Source: Escherichia phage vB_EcoS_VAH1. From it: a stretch of 64,000 nucleotides of DNA. The stretch lies in sequence record MK373792.1; one strand, written 5' to 3'. Positions 1-9,786 of this stretch are shown in pieces; the stretch's first letter is position 1; each line of letters opens with the position of its first letter. A model generated the notes under the pieces. That model worked only from the letters and a program-made list of their open reading frames with translations. It had not been told where the DNA came from and did no database searches. Both the position numbers and the translations under genes were made by a program.

Positions 1-647
1 CTGAGACTGGCAAAGACGTTACCGCTCGCTCTGTTGGCTCTAAGCTGCGTAAAGAAGGTTTCGAAGTACAGAAAGCTAACGAAGTACAGAAATCTCCGTG
101 GACTCCTGAGCAGGAAGCTGAACTGGTTGATTTCCTGAACGCTCATGCTGGTCAGTATACCTATGCTGAAATCGCTGCTGCTGTAGCTGGTGGTCAGTTC
201 GGTGCTAAACAGGTACAGGGTAAGATCCTGAGTCTGGAAATGACCGCTTCTGTTAAACCAACCGAAAAAGCTGCTGCTGTTCGTTCCTTCACTCCGGATG
301 AAGAAACTGATTTTGTTAATCAGGTTGTTGCTGGGGCTACTATTGAAGCTATCGCTGCTCACTTCGGTCGTAATATCAAACAGATCCGTGGTAAAGCTCT
401 GAGTCTGCTTCGTGAAGGTCGTATCGCTGCTATGCCGGTACAGGAAACTTCAAGTGCTAAAACTCGTGAAGATCTGCTAGAAGGTCTGGATCTGGTTAAC
501 ATGACCGTTGCTGAGATCGCTGAGAAAACTGGTAAATCTGAGCGCGGTGTTAAATCTATGCTGTCTCGTCGTGGTCTGGTTGCTAAGGACTATGATGGTG
601 CCGCTAAGCGTGCTAAACTGGATGCAAAAGCTGCGGCTGCTGAATAA
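1..647 (+). CDS. 5'-truncated CDS; protein with three tandem helix-turn-helix-like repeats (putative DNA-binding/transcription factor)
   Basis: Frame open from the window edge to the stop at 645-647. Three ~40-aa repeats of the form TxAEIAxxxG...K.....L. Codon usage is strongly E. coli-optimal. Confidence 0.6.
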   Translation, partial: ETGKDVTARSVGSKLRKEGFEVQKANEVQKSPWTPEQEAELVDFLNAHAGQYTYAEIAAAVAGGQFGAKQVQGKILSLEMTASVKPTEKAAAVRSFTPDEETDFVNQVVAGATIEAIAAHFGRNIKQIRGKALSLLREGRIAAMPVQETSSAKTREDLLEGLDLVNMTVAEIAEKTGKSERGVKSMLSRRGLVAKDYDGAAKRAKLDAKAAAAE

Positions 648-664
648 TCTGGTAAATTAAACCT

Positions 665-698
665 AAGGGGAGGGGGCTATGCTCCTTCCCCTTTTTGC
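665..698 (+). terminator. Rho-independent terminator after the HTH-repeat gene
   Basis: GC-rich imperfect hairpin AAGGGGAGG...CCTTCCCCTT followed by TTTTTGCATTT. Confidence 0.6.
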
Positions 699-729
699 AT
701 TTAGAAGGCACGAAAGCGTGCAAAGGAGA

Positions 730-2202
730 ATGACCTTGTTTAACGTGCAAGCTGTAGTGTTGAAGATGCTTCTAGCTTCCGAACAGAAGCAAATAGCATT
801 GGAAACATTCTCAAAACTGCATAAAGATCATTTTAATGACGCTTTCTCCTCAATTTACCAAGCCGTCCAGAATTATTATAAAAAATATAACACAATGCCG
901 TCCATTGACGCACTTATGCTTGAAGCTAATAGGAACGCCCGCCTTTCTCAAGCTCTAGTCGTCTTAGCTAACACTCAAATTCCAGAAGTGAGCATGGAAC
1001 AGGCACTTGAAGTCCTAGAGGCCGAATATACACAGGATTTATTCCTGAAGCTTCTAGAAACAGACGTGCTTCAAGATTTAACAATGCTGGATCAGGGAGA
1101 AATTCTCAACCGAGTTGCCTCCCTTCACTTAAAATTAGAAGAGAAAGTAACGAATACTGGAAAAGTATTCAACGCAGATAACATGCGTATTTTCCAGAGA
1201 GAAGAAGATACCAAACTGAACTTAATCGCTCTTGGTATTTGTAATGAGTTCGACGCTCAAATCGGTTTAGCTCGCACAGAAACGTTACTGCTTGGTGGTT
1301 GGCGTGGTACTGGTAAATCCATTATCTGTTCAAACATACAGGTTCAGCAATATTTGAATGGGGATATTGCTCCATACTTCTCAATTGAGATGAAAGAACA
1401 TGAAGTATTTAGACGTAATCTAGCCATGTTAGCTGGTGTATCAGCATTAGCAATGCGTAATAATACTCTAGAAGGTGCAGCTCTGTTGAGATTAGCCAGA
1501 ACTAGAGCTAGAATGTTTAATGGTGGTGAAGAGCTTTTCGACAACTTCGTTAAACAGTATACAATGGCTAAGATGAGTGATTTCTACGATATGGAGAGTA
1601 AGCTAATAGAGGGATATGAACTACATACTCCTATGATTATCGTTTATGACCCTGAACTGTCCATTACAACAGTTGACGTAGAATTAAATAAATTAGTTGC
1701 TAGATATGGTGATAAAGTTACAGTAGCTCTACTTGACTATATTAACCAAACCCGACTTCCAGACTCTAAAACCATTGATATGTATGACTGGAAAGAACAG
1801 ATGGTTGTTAGCTCGTCTTTCAAATCTATCTGCCAGAAACATAACGTGGCTGGTGTAGCTCCTTACCAGATCGATCAAGATGGTAGAACACGTATGTCAA
1901 AGGGTATTCTTGATTCCGCAGATATGGCTGCTAATCTTAATGCTGCAAAAGCTGATAATGGTCAAGGTGCTATTATGTTTGACTTCGTTAAGACTCGTTC
2001 TTCTGATAGCGTGAAGTTTATGCCTAAAATGAACTGGGAAACCTTGCGGATGGATAACACTACCAACCTAGCAATGGAAGATATATCTCAAATGGAAGCT
2101 GAGTTCATTATCCCTATTGAGAAGGATAAGCCGGCTCAACCTAAACGTGCTAAGAAAGACAAAACTGAAAATTCAACAGGTGAACAGGCCAGCGATATAT
2201 GA
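730..2202 (+). CDS. DnaB-like replicative DNA helicase
   Basis: Walker A-like GGWRGTGKS and DnaB-like N-terminal domain. The ORF-track start at 679 lies inside the terminator hairpin; ATG at 730 follows the RBS AAGGAGA. Confidence 0.7.
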   Translation: MTLFNVQAVVLKMLLASEQKQIALETFSKLHKDHFNDAFSSIYQAVQNYYKKYNTMPSIDALMLEANRNARLSQALVVLANTQIPEVSMEQALEVLEAEYTQDLFLKLLETDVLQDLTMLDQGEILNRVASLHLKLEEKVTNTGKVFNADNMRIFQREEDTKLNLIALGICNEFDAQIGLARTETLLLGGWRGTGKSIICSNIQVQQYLNGDIAPYFSIEMKEHEVFRRNLAMLAGVSALAMRNNTLEGAALLRLARTRARMFNGGEELFDNFVKQYTMAKMSDFYDMESKLIEGYELHTPMIIVYDPELSITTVDVELNKLVARYGDKVTVALLDYINQTRLPDSKTIDMYDWKEQMVVSSSFKSICQKHNVAGVAPYQIDQDGRTRMSKGILDSADMAANLNAAKADNGQGAIMFDFVKTRSSDSVKFMPKMNWETLRMDNTTNLAMEDISQMEAEFIIPIEKDKPAQPKRAKKDKTENSTGEQASDI

Positions 2203-2732
2203 TAACACAGGAAAGGCTAAAAGAGTTATTTGATTACTCCCCAGGAACTGGGGAGTTTACTAGAAAAGTATCTAGAGGTAATCAGAAAGCTGGTAGTATA
2301 GCTGGTTCTTTAAGAAAAGATGATTATATATGTATATGGGTAGATGGAAAGCCTTACTATGCGCATCAACTAGCTTTTCTCTATATGGAAGGTTATTTAC
2401 CTGAAGAAGTAGACCATATAAACCGTATACGAAGTGATAATCGTTGGGTTAACCTTAAAGATTCTTCTCACCAAGAGAATAGCAGGAATAAAGCAGCTAA
2501 AAGTAAATCAGGGTATATAGGAGTTAGTTGGAATAAACAAAGGCAAAAATGGCAAGTTCAACTAAGAGATACCAATAAAAAGAAAATATTCGGTGGATAT
2601 TTTGAGTACCAGAATTTAGAATCAGCCGTAGATAAGATTAATAAGCTACGATTACAATTTCATGGGGAAAATGCTATTCAAGAAATATTCGACCCGTCTA
2701 ATTATCCTGCATTAGAGGAGATAAATTCATGA
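2199..2732 (+). CDS. HNH homing endonuclease (MITQERLKEL family, AP2-like C-terminal domain)
   Basis: YAHQLAFLYMEGY...VDHINRIRSDNRWVNL HNH motif. Paralog of 9787..10263 and 42044..42541. ATGA start/stop overlap with the upstream gene. Confidence 0.8.
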   Translation: MITQERLKELFDYSPGTGEFTRKVSRGNQKAGSIAGSLRKDDYICIWVDGKPYYAHQLAFLYMEGYLPEEVDHINRIRSDNRWVNLKDSSHQENSRNKAAKSKSGYIGVSWNKQRQKWQVQLRDTNKKKIFGGYFEYQNLESAVDKINKLRLQFHGENAIQEIFDPSNYPALEEINS

Positions 2733-3619
2733 GTAGAATAACAGAATTACTTGATCTTAAGGGAATTGAGTATAAAGATACTGGTGGAGATATTTTAATC
2801 TGTTGCTTAAATCCAGATCATGATGATAAACACCCAAGTTTGCGTATTGATCCTGAAACCGGGATTATGCACTGCTTGAGTTGCGGGTTTGGCAAAGGTA
2901 TACCTAGTATTTATCATTATTTTAATGAGACTCAATATAGACAATCTCCAAGACTATCCCAAGTACGTAAAAAGATTTCAGAGATTAGAAATGGATCTAC
3001 GAATCTTGCAATCCCAGAATCTGCCTGCCTTTTCGAAGGTGATTTCCGAGGTATCAGTTCTAAGACCTTGAAGAAATATTTTGCTTTCCAACATCAAGAG
3101 AACTGGGAAGGCAGAATTGTATTCCCAATCACAGATGCTGTTGGACGCAATATCCTATTTTTGGGTCGTTCTATAAACAGTTCTGCCCCTCCTAAATACT
3201 TAGTAAAACCAAAACAAGTTTCACCACCGATTTTCCCTGTACGATATAATACTCCAGTTCTTGTTCTAGTTGAAGGTATCTTTGATATGCTGAACCTAGA
3301 GGATAATGGTATAGACTATGCTTCTTGCTGCTTTGGTACACATCAGTTTACCTCGGATAACATTGCAGATAAGTTCAGTCCGTATATTATTGCTGGTGTT
3401 AAAGTTGTTGTTATCTTACTAGATAATGATGCTTCTGGTAATAAAGCCGCACAAGCACTGGCTAAGCTAATTCGTACAAAAACGCGTTTAACACCTGTAG
3501 TTGCTAACTTTCTTCTGCCTGAAGGTAAAGACCCAGGTGACTTAAATAAAGAAGAAATTGATATGTTAGCAAAACGTATTGAAATTTTAGTTGCTGAATC
3601 GCTTAAAGATTTGGTATAA
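2729..3619 (+). CDS. DNA primase (zinc ribbon plus Toprim)
   Basis: CCLNPDHDDKHPSLRID...CLSCGFGKG zinc-binding motif; Toprim-like VLVEGIFDM and ILLDNDASGNKAA. Confidence 0.8.
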   Translation: MSRITELLDLKGIEYKDTGGDILICCLNPDHDDKHPSLRIDPETGIMHCLSCGFGKGIPSIYHYFNETQYRQSPRLSQVRKKISEIRNGSTNLAIPESACLFEGDFRGISSKTLKKYFAFQHQENWEGRIVFPITDAVGRNILFLGRSINSSAPPKYLVKPKQVSPPIFPVRYNTPVLVLVEGIFDMLNLEDNGIDYASCCFGTHQFTSDNIADKFSPYIIAGVKVVVILLDNDASGNKAAQALAKLIRTKTRLTPVVANFLLPEGKDPGDLNKEEIDMLAKRIEILVAESLKDLV

Positions 3620-3645
3620 TAGTCCTAAATAACTGAGGAGCTACT

Positions 3646-3975
3646 ATGGAATATGTATATATTTATGCGGATGTTCCAGTGTATGATAGTATAACACACA
3701 AAGAGGTTAAACTAGAGCGGTTTACAACACTGGAGTCCCTTAATAAACGAAAGAATTTCCATTTATTTGGTGATCCTAAATTACCTGCATCTTATATTTA
3801 CTTTAAAGTAAAAGATACAGGTCAAGAGGTATACCTAACATATGATTGGGCTGTTGTAGAAAATACTGAGCAATCTATGAAAGCGCTAGATGCTTTTCTG
3901 CGTATAGATGAAGAATTTCGGGTACTAGAAAAGCAGCGCAATGAAATGCGTAAATTACTACATACCTATAAATAG
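3646..3975 (+). CDS. hypothetical protein
   Basis: ORF with RBS GAGGAG upstream, embedded in a plus-strand operon. Confidence 0.5.
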   Translation: MEYVYIYADVPVYDSITHKEVKLERFTTLESLNKRKNFHLFGDPKLPASYIYFKVKDTGQEVYLTYDWAVVENTEQSMKALDAFLRIDEEFRVLEKQRNEMRKLLHTYK

Positions 3976-3978
3976 TAT

Positions 3979-4007
3979 TTGCTATTATCCCAATATTTTG
4001 ATATAAT
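3979..4007 (+). promoter_or_regulatory. sigma70-type early promoter upstream of the DNA polymerase gene
   Basis: TTGCTA (3979-3984), 17-bp spacer, TATAAT (4002-4007), in an AT-rich context. Confidence 0.5.
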
Positions 4008-4068
4008 ATATTGGTAAGTTAGAGAAGAAACACTGAAGTTATACTTACTTACCAAGAGGAGATTAAAT

Positions 4069-6636
4069 TTGAAAATCGCAGTAGTTGATAAAGCTCTAAA
4101 TAACACTCGTTATGATAAACATTTCCAGCTATACGGCGAGGAAGTTGATGTATTCCATATGTGTAACGAGAAGTTGTCCGGTCGTTTGCTCAAAAAGCAT
4201 ATTACTATAGGGACTCCGGAAAACCCATTTGACCCGAATGATTATGATTTTGTTATACTGGTAGGTGCCGAACCTTTCCTGTACTTTGCAGGTAAGAAAG
4301 GTATTGGTGATTATACTGGTAAACGTGTAGAGTATAATGGATATGCTAACTGGATTGCGAGTATCAGCCCAGCCCAGTTACACTTTAAACCTGAAATGAA
4401 ACCAGTTTTTGATGCAACAGTAGAGAATATCCACGATATTATCAATGGTCGTGAGAAGATTGCAAAAGCTGGTGATTACCGTCCTATTACTGACCCTGAT
4501 GAGGCAGAAGAATATATCAAGATGGTGTATAATATGGTTATCGGACCTGTCGCATTCGACTCCGAAACCTCAGCACTATACTGTCGAGATGGTTATCTAC
4601 TTGGTGTTTCTATATCTCACCAAGAGTATCAGGGTGTATATATCGATTCTGATTGCCTCACAGAGGTTGCAGTATATTACCTCCAGAAAATCCTGGATAG
4701 TGAAAACCACACTATTGTTTTTCACAACTTGAAGTTTGATATGCACTTTTATAAGTACCATCTGGGACTTACTTTTGATAAAGCACATAAAGAACGCAGG
4801 CTCCATGATACCATGTTGCAGCACTATGTTCTAGATGAACGTCGTGGTACTCATGGCTTGAAATCTCTAGCAATGAAGTATACCGATATGGGTGACTATG
4901 ACTTTGAACTAGATAAGTTCAAAGATGATTACTGCAAAGCACATAAAATCAAGAAAGAAGATTTCACCTATGATTTAATTCCGTTTGATATTATGTGGCC
5001 TTACGCTGCGAAAGATACAGATGCCACCATACGTTTGCACAACTTCTTCTTACCAAAGATTGAGAAGAATGAAAAACTTTGCAGTCTGTATTACGATGTT
5101 TTGATGCCTGGTTGCGTATTCTTGCAACGTGTTGAAGATCGTGGTGTACCTATTTCTATCGATCGTTTAAAAGAAGCTCAGTATCAGTTAACCCATAATC
5201 TGAATAAAGCCCGTGAGAAACTGTACACTTATCCAGAAGTTAAACAGCTAGAACAAGATCAGAATGAAGCGTTTAACCCGAACTCTGTTAAGCAGCTGCG
5301 CGTTCTTCTGTTTGATTACGTTGGCTTAACTCCAACAGGTAAACTGACGGATACTGGAGCAGATTCTACAGATGCAGAAGCTCTGAATGAGCTGGCTACG
5401 CAGCATCCAATTGCTAAAACTCTACTAGAGATTCGTAAGCTGACTAAGCTGATCTCTACTTATGTTGAGAAGATTCTACTGAGTATTGATGCAGATGGTT
5501 GCATTCGTACTGGTTTCCATGAACATATGACTACTTCTGGTCGTCTGAGTTCTTCTGGTAAACTGAACCTGCAACAGCTACCTCGTGATGAATCTATTAT
5601 CAAGGGTTGTGTAGTTGCACCACCTGGATACCGTGTAATCGCGTGGGACTTAACAACTGCGGAAGTTTACTATGCTGCTGTTCTATCTGGGGATAGAAAT
5701 ATGCAACAGGTATTTATCAACATGAGAAATGAACCCGATAAATACCCAGACTTCCACTCTAACATCGCCCACATGGTATTTAAATTGCAATGTGAACCTC
5801 GTGATGTTAAGAAGCTGTTCCCAGCTCTACGTCAGGCAGCTAAGGCAATTACCTTTGGTATTTTGTATGGTTCTGGCCCGGCTAAAGTAGCACATTCTGT
5901 TAACGAAGCATTGCTCGAACAAGCAGCCAAAACTGGGGAACCGTTTGTTGAATGTACTGTTGCAGATGCTAAAGAGTACATTGAGACTTACTTTGGTCAA
6001 TTCCCACAGCTTAAGCGTTGGATTGATAAGTGCCACGATCAGATCAAGAATCATGGATTTATCTATAGTCACTTTGGTCGTAAACGTCGTCTGCATAATA
6101 TCCATTCCGAAGACCGTGGTGTTCAGGGTGAAGAAATTCGTTCTGGATTTAACGCAATCATTCAGTCTGCTTCTTCTGATAGTCTCCTTTTAGGTGCTGT
6201 AGATGCAGATAATGAGATCATTTCTCTTGGTTTAGAACAAGAGATGAAGATTGTTATGTTGGTTCATGACTCCGTAGTTGCTATTGTTCGTGAGGATTTG
6301 ATCGACCAATACAATGAAATCCTGATTCGTAATATTCAGAAAGACCGTGGTATCAGTATTCCTGGCTGTCCGATTGGTATTGATTCAGATTCTGAAGCCG
6401 GGGGTTCTCGTGACTATTCTTGTGGTAAGATGAAGAAACAGCACCCATCAATTGCTTGTATTGATGATGATGAATATACTCGTTACGTTAAAGAAATGCT
6501 ACTTGATGCAGATTTCGAGTATAAGAAACTAGCTGCGATGGATAAAGAGCATCCAGACCACAGCAAGTACAAGGATGATAAGTTTATTGCTGTATGTAAA
6601 GATCTGGATAACGTGAAAAGGATTCTCGGTGCTTAA
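4069..6636 (+). CDS. DNA polymerase, family A, with 3'-5' exonuclease domain (T5 DNA polymerase-like)
   Basis: 855 aa; TTG start after RBS AAGAGGA. Exonuclease motif FDSETSAL; polymerase motif B RQAAKAITFGILYGSG; motif C LVHDSV. Confidence 0.95.
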   Translation: MKIAVVDKALNNTRYDKHFQLYGEEVDVFHMCNEKLSGRLLKKHITIGTPENPFDPNDYDFVILVGAEPFLYFAGKKGIGDYTGKRVEYNGYANWIASISPAQLHFKPEMKPVFDATVENIHDIINGREKIAKAGDYRPITDPDEAEEYIKMVYNMVIGPVAFDSETSALYCRDGYLLGVSISHQEYQGVYIDSDCLTEVAVYYLQKILDSENHTIVFHNLKFDMHFYKYHLGLTFDKAHKERRLHDTMLQHYVLDERRGTHGLKSLAMKYTDMGDYDFELDKFKDDYCKAHKIKKEDFTYDLIPFDIMWPYAAKDTDATIRLHNFFLPKIEKNEKLCSLYYDVLMPGCVFLQRVEDRGVPISIDRLKEAQYQLTHNLNKAREKLYTYPEVKQLEQDQNEAFNPNSVKQLRVLLFDYVGLTPTGKLTDTGADSTDAEALNELATQHPIAKTLLEIRKLTKLISTYVEKILLSIDADGCIRTGFHEHMTTSGRLSSSGKLNLQQLPRDESIIKGCVVAPPGYRVIAWDLTTAEVYYAAVLSGDRNMQQVFINMRNEPDKYPDFHSNIAHMVFKLQCEPRDVKKLFPALRQAAKAITFGILYGSGPAKVAHSVNEALLEQAAKTGEPFVECTVADAKEYIETYFGQFPQLKRWIDKCHDQIKNHGFIYSHFGRKRRLHNIHSEDRGVQGEEIRSGFNAIIQSASSDSLLLGAVDADNEIISLGLEQEMKIVMLVHDSVVAIVREDLIDQYNEILIRNIQKDRGISIPGCPIGIDSDSEAGGSRDYSCGKMKKQHPSIACIDDDEYTRYVKEMLLDADFEYKKLAAMDKEHPDHSKYKDDKFIAVCKDLDNVKRILGA

Positions 6637-7126
6637 TTTCAAATTGCCCGTATATGCTTTACGGGCATTTGTATCAATTGAGCAAGAAGGTGATTATTCC
6701 GTAATTACAACAAGATATAATAAATATGTGCTAGATAACAGGAAGTTGCCTGGTACTTTTTCTCAACGTAGGCTTATTCTATTTGAGAAACGGAAAGAAT
6801 TACCATACAAGCTCTATCCTATTAGAGGTAGAATATCAATGTTGTCTCAATTAGTTGGGTCAAAGCGTAGCCAATTTATAGATTCTGATGGAAATCTTAT
6901 TAACTGGAAGAAAACTACGTTCTATGATGTTGTCACCTCTAAAGTTTTGCATTCAGCTAGAATTTATAACGGAAAATACCAATGCTATGTAGCTAAAGTT
7001 CCATATCCATTTGTATTATCCTATGTTCCAGCTTATATAAGCTATATTCTGGTAAATAATAGCCCTGTTATTTATCAAGTCCATCAAGAGGAGCCTGAAA
7101 TTCCTAGACTTAGAATAAAATTATGA
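6629..7126 (+). CDS. hypothetical protein
   Basis: ORF overlapping the polymerase stop; no recognisable motifs. Confidence 0.4.
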   Translation: MLNFKLPVYALRAFVSIEQEGDYSVITTRYNKYVLDNRKLPGTFSQRRLILFEKRKELPYKLYPIRGRISMLSQLVGSKRSQFIDSDGNLINWKKTTFYDVVTSKVLHSARIYNGKYQCYVAKVPYPFVLSYVPAYISYILVNNSPVIYQVHQEEPEIPRLRIKL

Positions 7127-7275
7127 AGGTTGTTATATCTAATAAAGCCTATTTCAAGCCCGATGATGAACTTTGGGATTATTGTAGTAAGCAAACCACT
7201 TATCACATAGAGACAATGACTAGTAAATACCCTATTATGTATAAGAATAGTGGTGTTGTTGCCCAAAGAGATTAA
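7123..7275 (+). CDS. N-terminal fragment of SF2 DNA helicase (frame 1 of 3)
   Basis: ATG at 7123; 50 codons ending just inside the start of the next helicase ORF in another frame. Confidence 0.4.
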   Translation: MKVVISNKAYFKPDDELWDYCSKQTTYHIETMTSKYPIMYKNSGVVAQRD

Positions 7276-7702
7276 GTGGATTCCTATTACGCGTCTGGAC
7301 TTATTAGATGCTAAAGGAATAAAATACGAATTAGTCGATAAACGCACATTAGCTCCAGTAGATATACCAAAACCTGAGTTCAAGCTGCGTGAAGAAGACC
7401 AGCTCCCAATATATAAAGAGTGTGATGATACCTGTATTATTAATGGTAAGCCTGGATTTGGTAAAACTATCCTAGCCCTTGCACTTGCGTATAAATTTGG
7501 CCAGAAAACTTTGGTAATCTGTACAAATACATCCATACGTGAAATGTGGGCGGCAGAAGTTCGTAAATGGTTTGGGTTTGAACCAGGCATCATAGGTTCT
7601 GGGAAGTACAATATTGATCCACCAATTGTAGTCAGCAATATTCAAACAGTAAATAAACATGCGAATAATCTTTCTAAAGTATTCGGTACTGTTTATAGTT
7701 GA
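7250..7702 (+). CDS. SF2 ATP-dependent DNA helicase, Walker A segment (frameshifted gene)
   Basis: Walker A GKPGFGKT. Ends ...KVFGTVYS* immediately before the helicase motif II in the next frame. Confidence 0.7.
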   Translation: MVLLPKEIKWIPITRLDLLDAKGIKYELVDKRTLAPVDIPKPEFKLREEDQLPIYKECDDTCIINGKPGFGKTILALALAYKFGQKTLVICTNTSIREMWAAEVRKWFGFEPGIIGSGKYNIDPPIVVSNIQTVNKHANNLSKVFGTVYS

Positions 7703-8477
7703 TGAAGTTCACCATTGTGTGGCTACAACTTTCACTAATTTCCTAGAAATATCATGTGCTCGCTATAAAATTGGACTATCCGGTACACTAAAACGAAAAG
7801 ATGGTTTACAAGTTATGTTCAAAGATTTCTTTGGATATAAGATATTTAGCCCGCCGGTTAATAATACTGTTGCACCTACAATCCATAGGTACTCCGTGCC
7901 TGTTGAGCTATCAGGAAACCAAAACGTGCCGTGGGCATTACGTGCTAACGATGTGTATAATCATCCTGAATATCGAGAGACTATTATAAACCTAGCACAT
8001 TTATATGTGAATATGGGGCATAAAGTACTCATTGTAAGTGATAGAACAGAGTTAATCCAAACAGTACTAGAAGCTCTTACGCAGCGGGGTGTTACAACAT
8101 ATGAAATTATAGGGGCAACCCACTTAGATGACCGATTAAAAATTCAGGAAGATATAGCAAAAGGTGGGCCTTGTGTACTTGCAGCAGCTCAAAGTATCTT
8201 CTCTGAAGGTATTTCTCTTAATGAGCTATCTTGTTTAATAATGGGAAGCCTCATTAATAATGAATCTCTCATTGAACAGCTTGCAGGCCGTGTTCAACGT
8301 ATTGTCGATGGTAAACTCGACCCTATTGTTGTAGATCTAATTATGAAAGGTGGCACTGGACTAAGACAGGCTTCTGGACGTATGGCAGTATATCGTAACA
8401 ACGGGTGGAAAACTATTACTATGACCCCGGAGAAAGCAGTTCAATTAGCTAAAATTGCATTTGGCAACAGCTCATAA
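7659..8477 (+). CDS. SF2 ATP-dependent DNA helicase, DExH and C-terminal domain (frameshifted gene)
   Basis: LFIVDEVHH (motif II), LSGTLKRKDG, and C-terminal helicase domain with QLAGRVQR. Confidence 0.7.
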   Translation: MRIIFLKYSVLFIVDEVHHCVATTFTNFLEISCARYKIGLSGTLKRKDGLQVMFKDFFGYKIFSPPVNNTVAPTIHRYSVPVELSGNQNVPWALRANDVYNHPEYRETIINLAHLYVNMGHKVLIVSDRTELIQTVLEALTQRGVTTYEIIGATHLDDRLKIQEDIAKGGPCVLAAAQSIFSEGISLNELSCLIMGSLINNESLIEQLAGRVQRIVDGKLDPIVVDLIMKGGTGLRQASGRMAVYRNNGWKTITMTPEKAVQLAKIAFGNSS

Positions 8478-8489
8478 ATGATGTATAAT
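8461..8489 (+). promoter_or_regulatory. sigma70-like promoter P1 (TTGGCA-17-TATAAT)
   Basis: TTGGCA at 8461-8466, TATAAT at 8484-8489. Shares the 20-mer GTATAATATATACATAAATT with P2. Confidence 0.4.
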
Positions 8490-8562
8490 ATATACATAAA
8501 TTTGAGAGAGAGAAAGTTTCGGATTGATAAGAAAGTCCGAAGCAGAAAAATAAAAATTTTAG

Positions 8563-8592
8563 TTGCTAAATTCTCTCGAAATCTAGTATAAT
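8563..8592 (+). promoter_or_regulatory. sigma70-like promoter P2 (TTGCTA-18-TATAAT)
   Basis: TTGCTA at 8563-8568, TATAAT at 8587-8592. Second copy of the 20-mer containing the -10 element. Confidence 0.4.
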
Positions 8593-8976
8593 ATATACAT
8601 AAATTCGAGGAGAAAACAAAAATTAAATTCTTCGATTATGAAAAGCTATACTTACTAGCTAGAGGAAATTCCGACTTAATTATTAAGTTATTCAAAAGAA
8701 TGCTTACAGAGCCTGATGCTCACCAATTATTGGTCGGTTCCTCATTCATTTTGAATGAATCAACAATAGTTGATAATCAAAATAAATTGTCTAATAGACA
8801 ACTGGCAGAATATCTAGGAATTTTAAGTCTACGAAATTATGCCGAATACAAGTTTACAAACGATCCTAGTTTGGACATACAATATGTTCCAGTATGGATA
8901 CCTCGTTTAGTAATCGACACTAACCCACTAATCGCAATTAACAAATCGAAATTAATCTTTAAAGAGGAAATAAAAT

Positions 8977-9750
8977 ATGGCTAAGTCTTGGGGCGAAACT
9001 ACTGGCGGTTCTAACGATAAAATCGAATTCCTGAAGTTCAACAACGGTATCACTCATGTTCGTATCGTTTCTGGTGTTCTTCCACGTTATGTCTACTGGC
9101 TGACTAATAAAGAGGGTAGCGTAGCTCCTTTCGAATGTCTCCGTTTTAACCGTGACAAAGAGAGCTTTGTTCGTGGTAAAGCTGATCCGGTTCATGAGAT
9201 GGGCTTCTTTGAGAAAGAGCTGGATAAAGATGGTAATCGCGTTCCGCTGAAACCGAAGAAAAACTATATCGCTTTTGTTATCGACCGTTCTGATAACAAA
9301 CTGAAAGTAATGGAAGTCAAAGCTACTATTCTGAAAGGCATCCAGTCTATCATGAAGCAGTTGAGTCTGGCAACTCCGTTTGATATTGATATTTCTATCG
9401 AGAAAAAAGGTAAAGGTTTCGATACTGAGTATGATGTACAGCAGATTGCTGCTATGCAATTCCAGATTAAGCTGCAAGATCCTAACAGTGCAGAATCTAA
9501 GCAATATGCTGCGGATGTAGATCTGATTGGTGAAGCTATGTGTGATGAAGATGGCGACATCATTAAGTTCGAGAAAGTTCCTTCTCTGGAGCAAACCTAT
9601 CCGGTTCCTACCTATGAAGAGCAGAAAGAAGCAATTCAAGCCTTCATGGAAGGTCGTGAGAATAAAGATGATGATGCCAAATCTGGTAACAGCAATGCTG
9701 GTTCCCAGAAAGGTATTGACCAAGAAGCTGCAAGCGATCTGGATGACTAA
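8977..9750 (+). CDS. putative ssDNA-binding/DNA-binding protein with acidic C-terminal tail
   Basis: Strong RBS AAAGAGGAAA; highly optimal codon usage; acidic C-terminus ...QEAASDLDD; followed by a terminator. Confidence 0.55.
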   Translation: MAKSWGETTGGSNDKIEFLKFNNGITHVRIVSGVLPRYVYWLTNKEGSVAPFECLRFNRDKESFVRGKADPVHEMGFFEKELDKDGNRVPLKPKKNYIAFVIDRSDNKLKVMEVKATILKGIQSIMKQLSLATPFDIDISIEKKGKGFDTEYDVQQIAAMQFQIKLQDPNSAESKQYAADVDLIGEAMCDEDGDIIKFEKVPSLEQTYPVPTYEEQKEAIQAFMEGRENKDDDAKSGNSNAGSQKGIDQEAASDLDD

Positions 9751-9755
9751 TAAAT

Positions 9756-9782
9756 AGAGGGGCTTCGGCCCCTTTCTTTTTA
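9756..9782 (+). terminator. Rho-independent terminator
   Basis: AGGGGC-TTCG-GCCCCT hairpin followed by TTCTTTTT. Confidence 0.7.
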
Positions 9783-9786
9783 ACCA

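Noticed and set aside
679-729. ORF-track start codon at 679 for the DnaB-like helicase
   Set aside because: This ATG lies in the loop of the upstream terminator hairpin with no usable RBS; ATG 730 is preceded by AAGGAGA.
8700-8984. ORF 8700..8984 (+), 94 aa
   Set aside because: No RBS, lies in the leader between the tandem promoters and the strongly initiated gene at 8977, and overlaps that gene's RBS; more likely untranslated leader.
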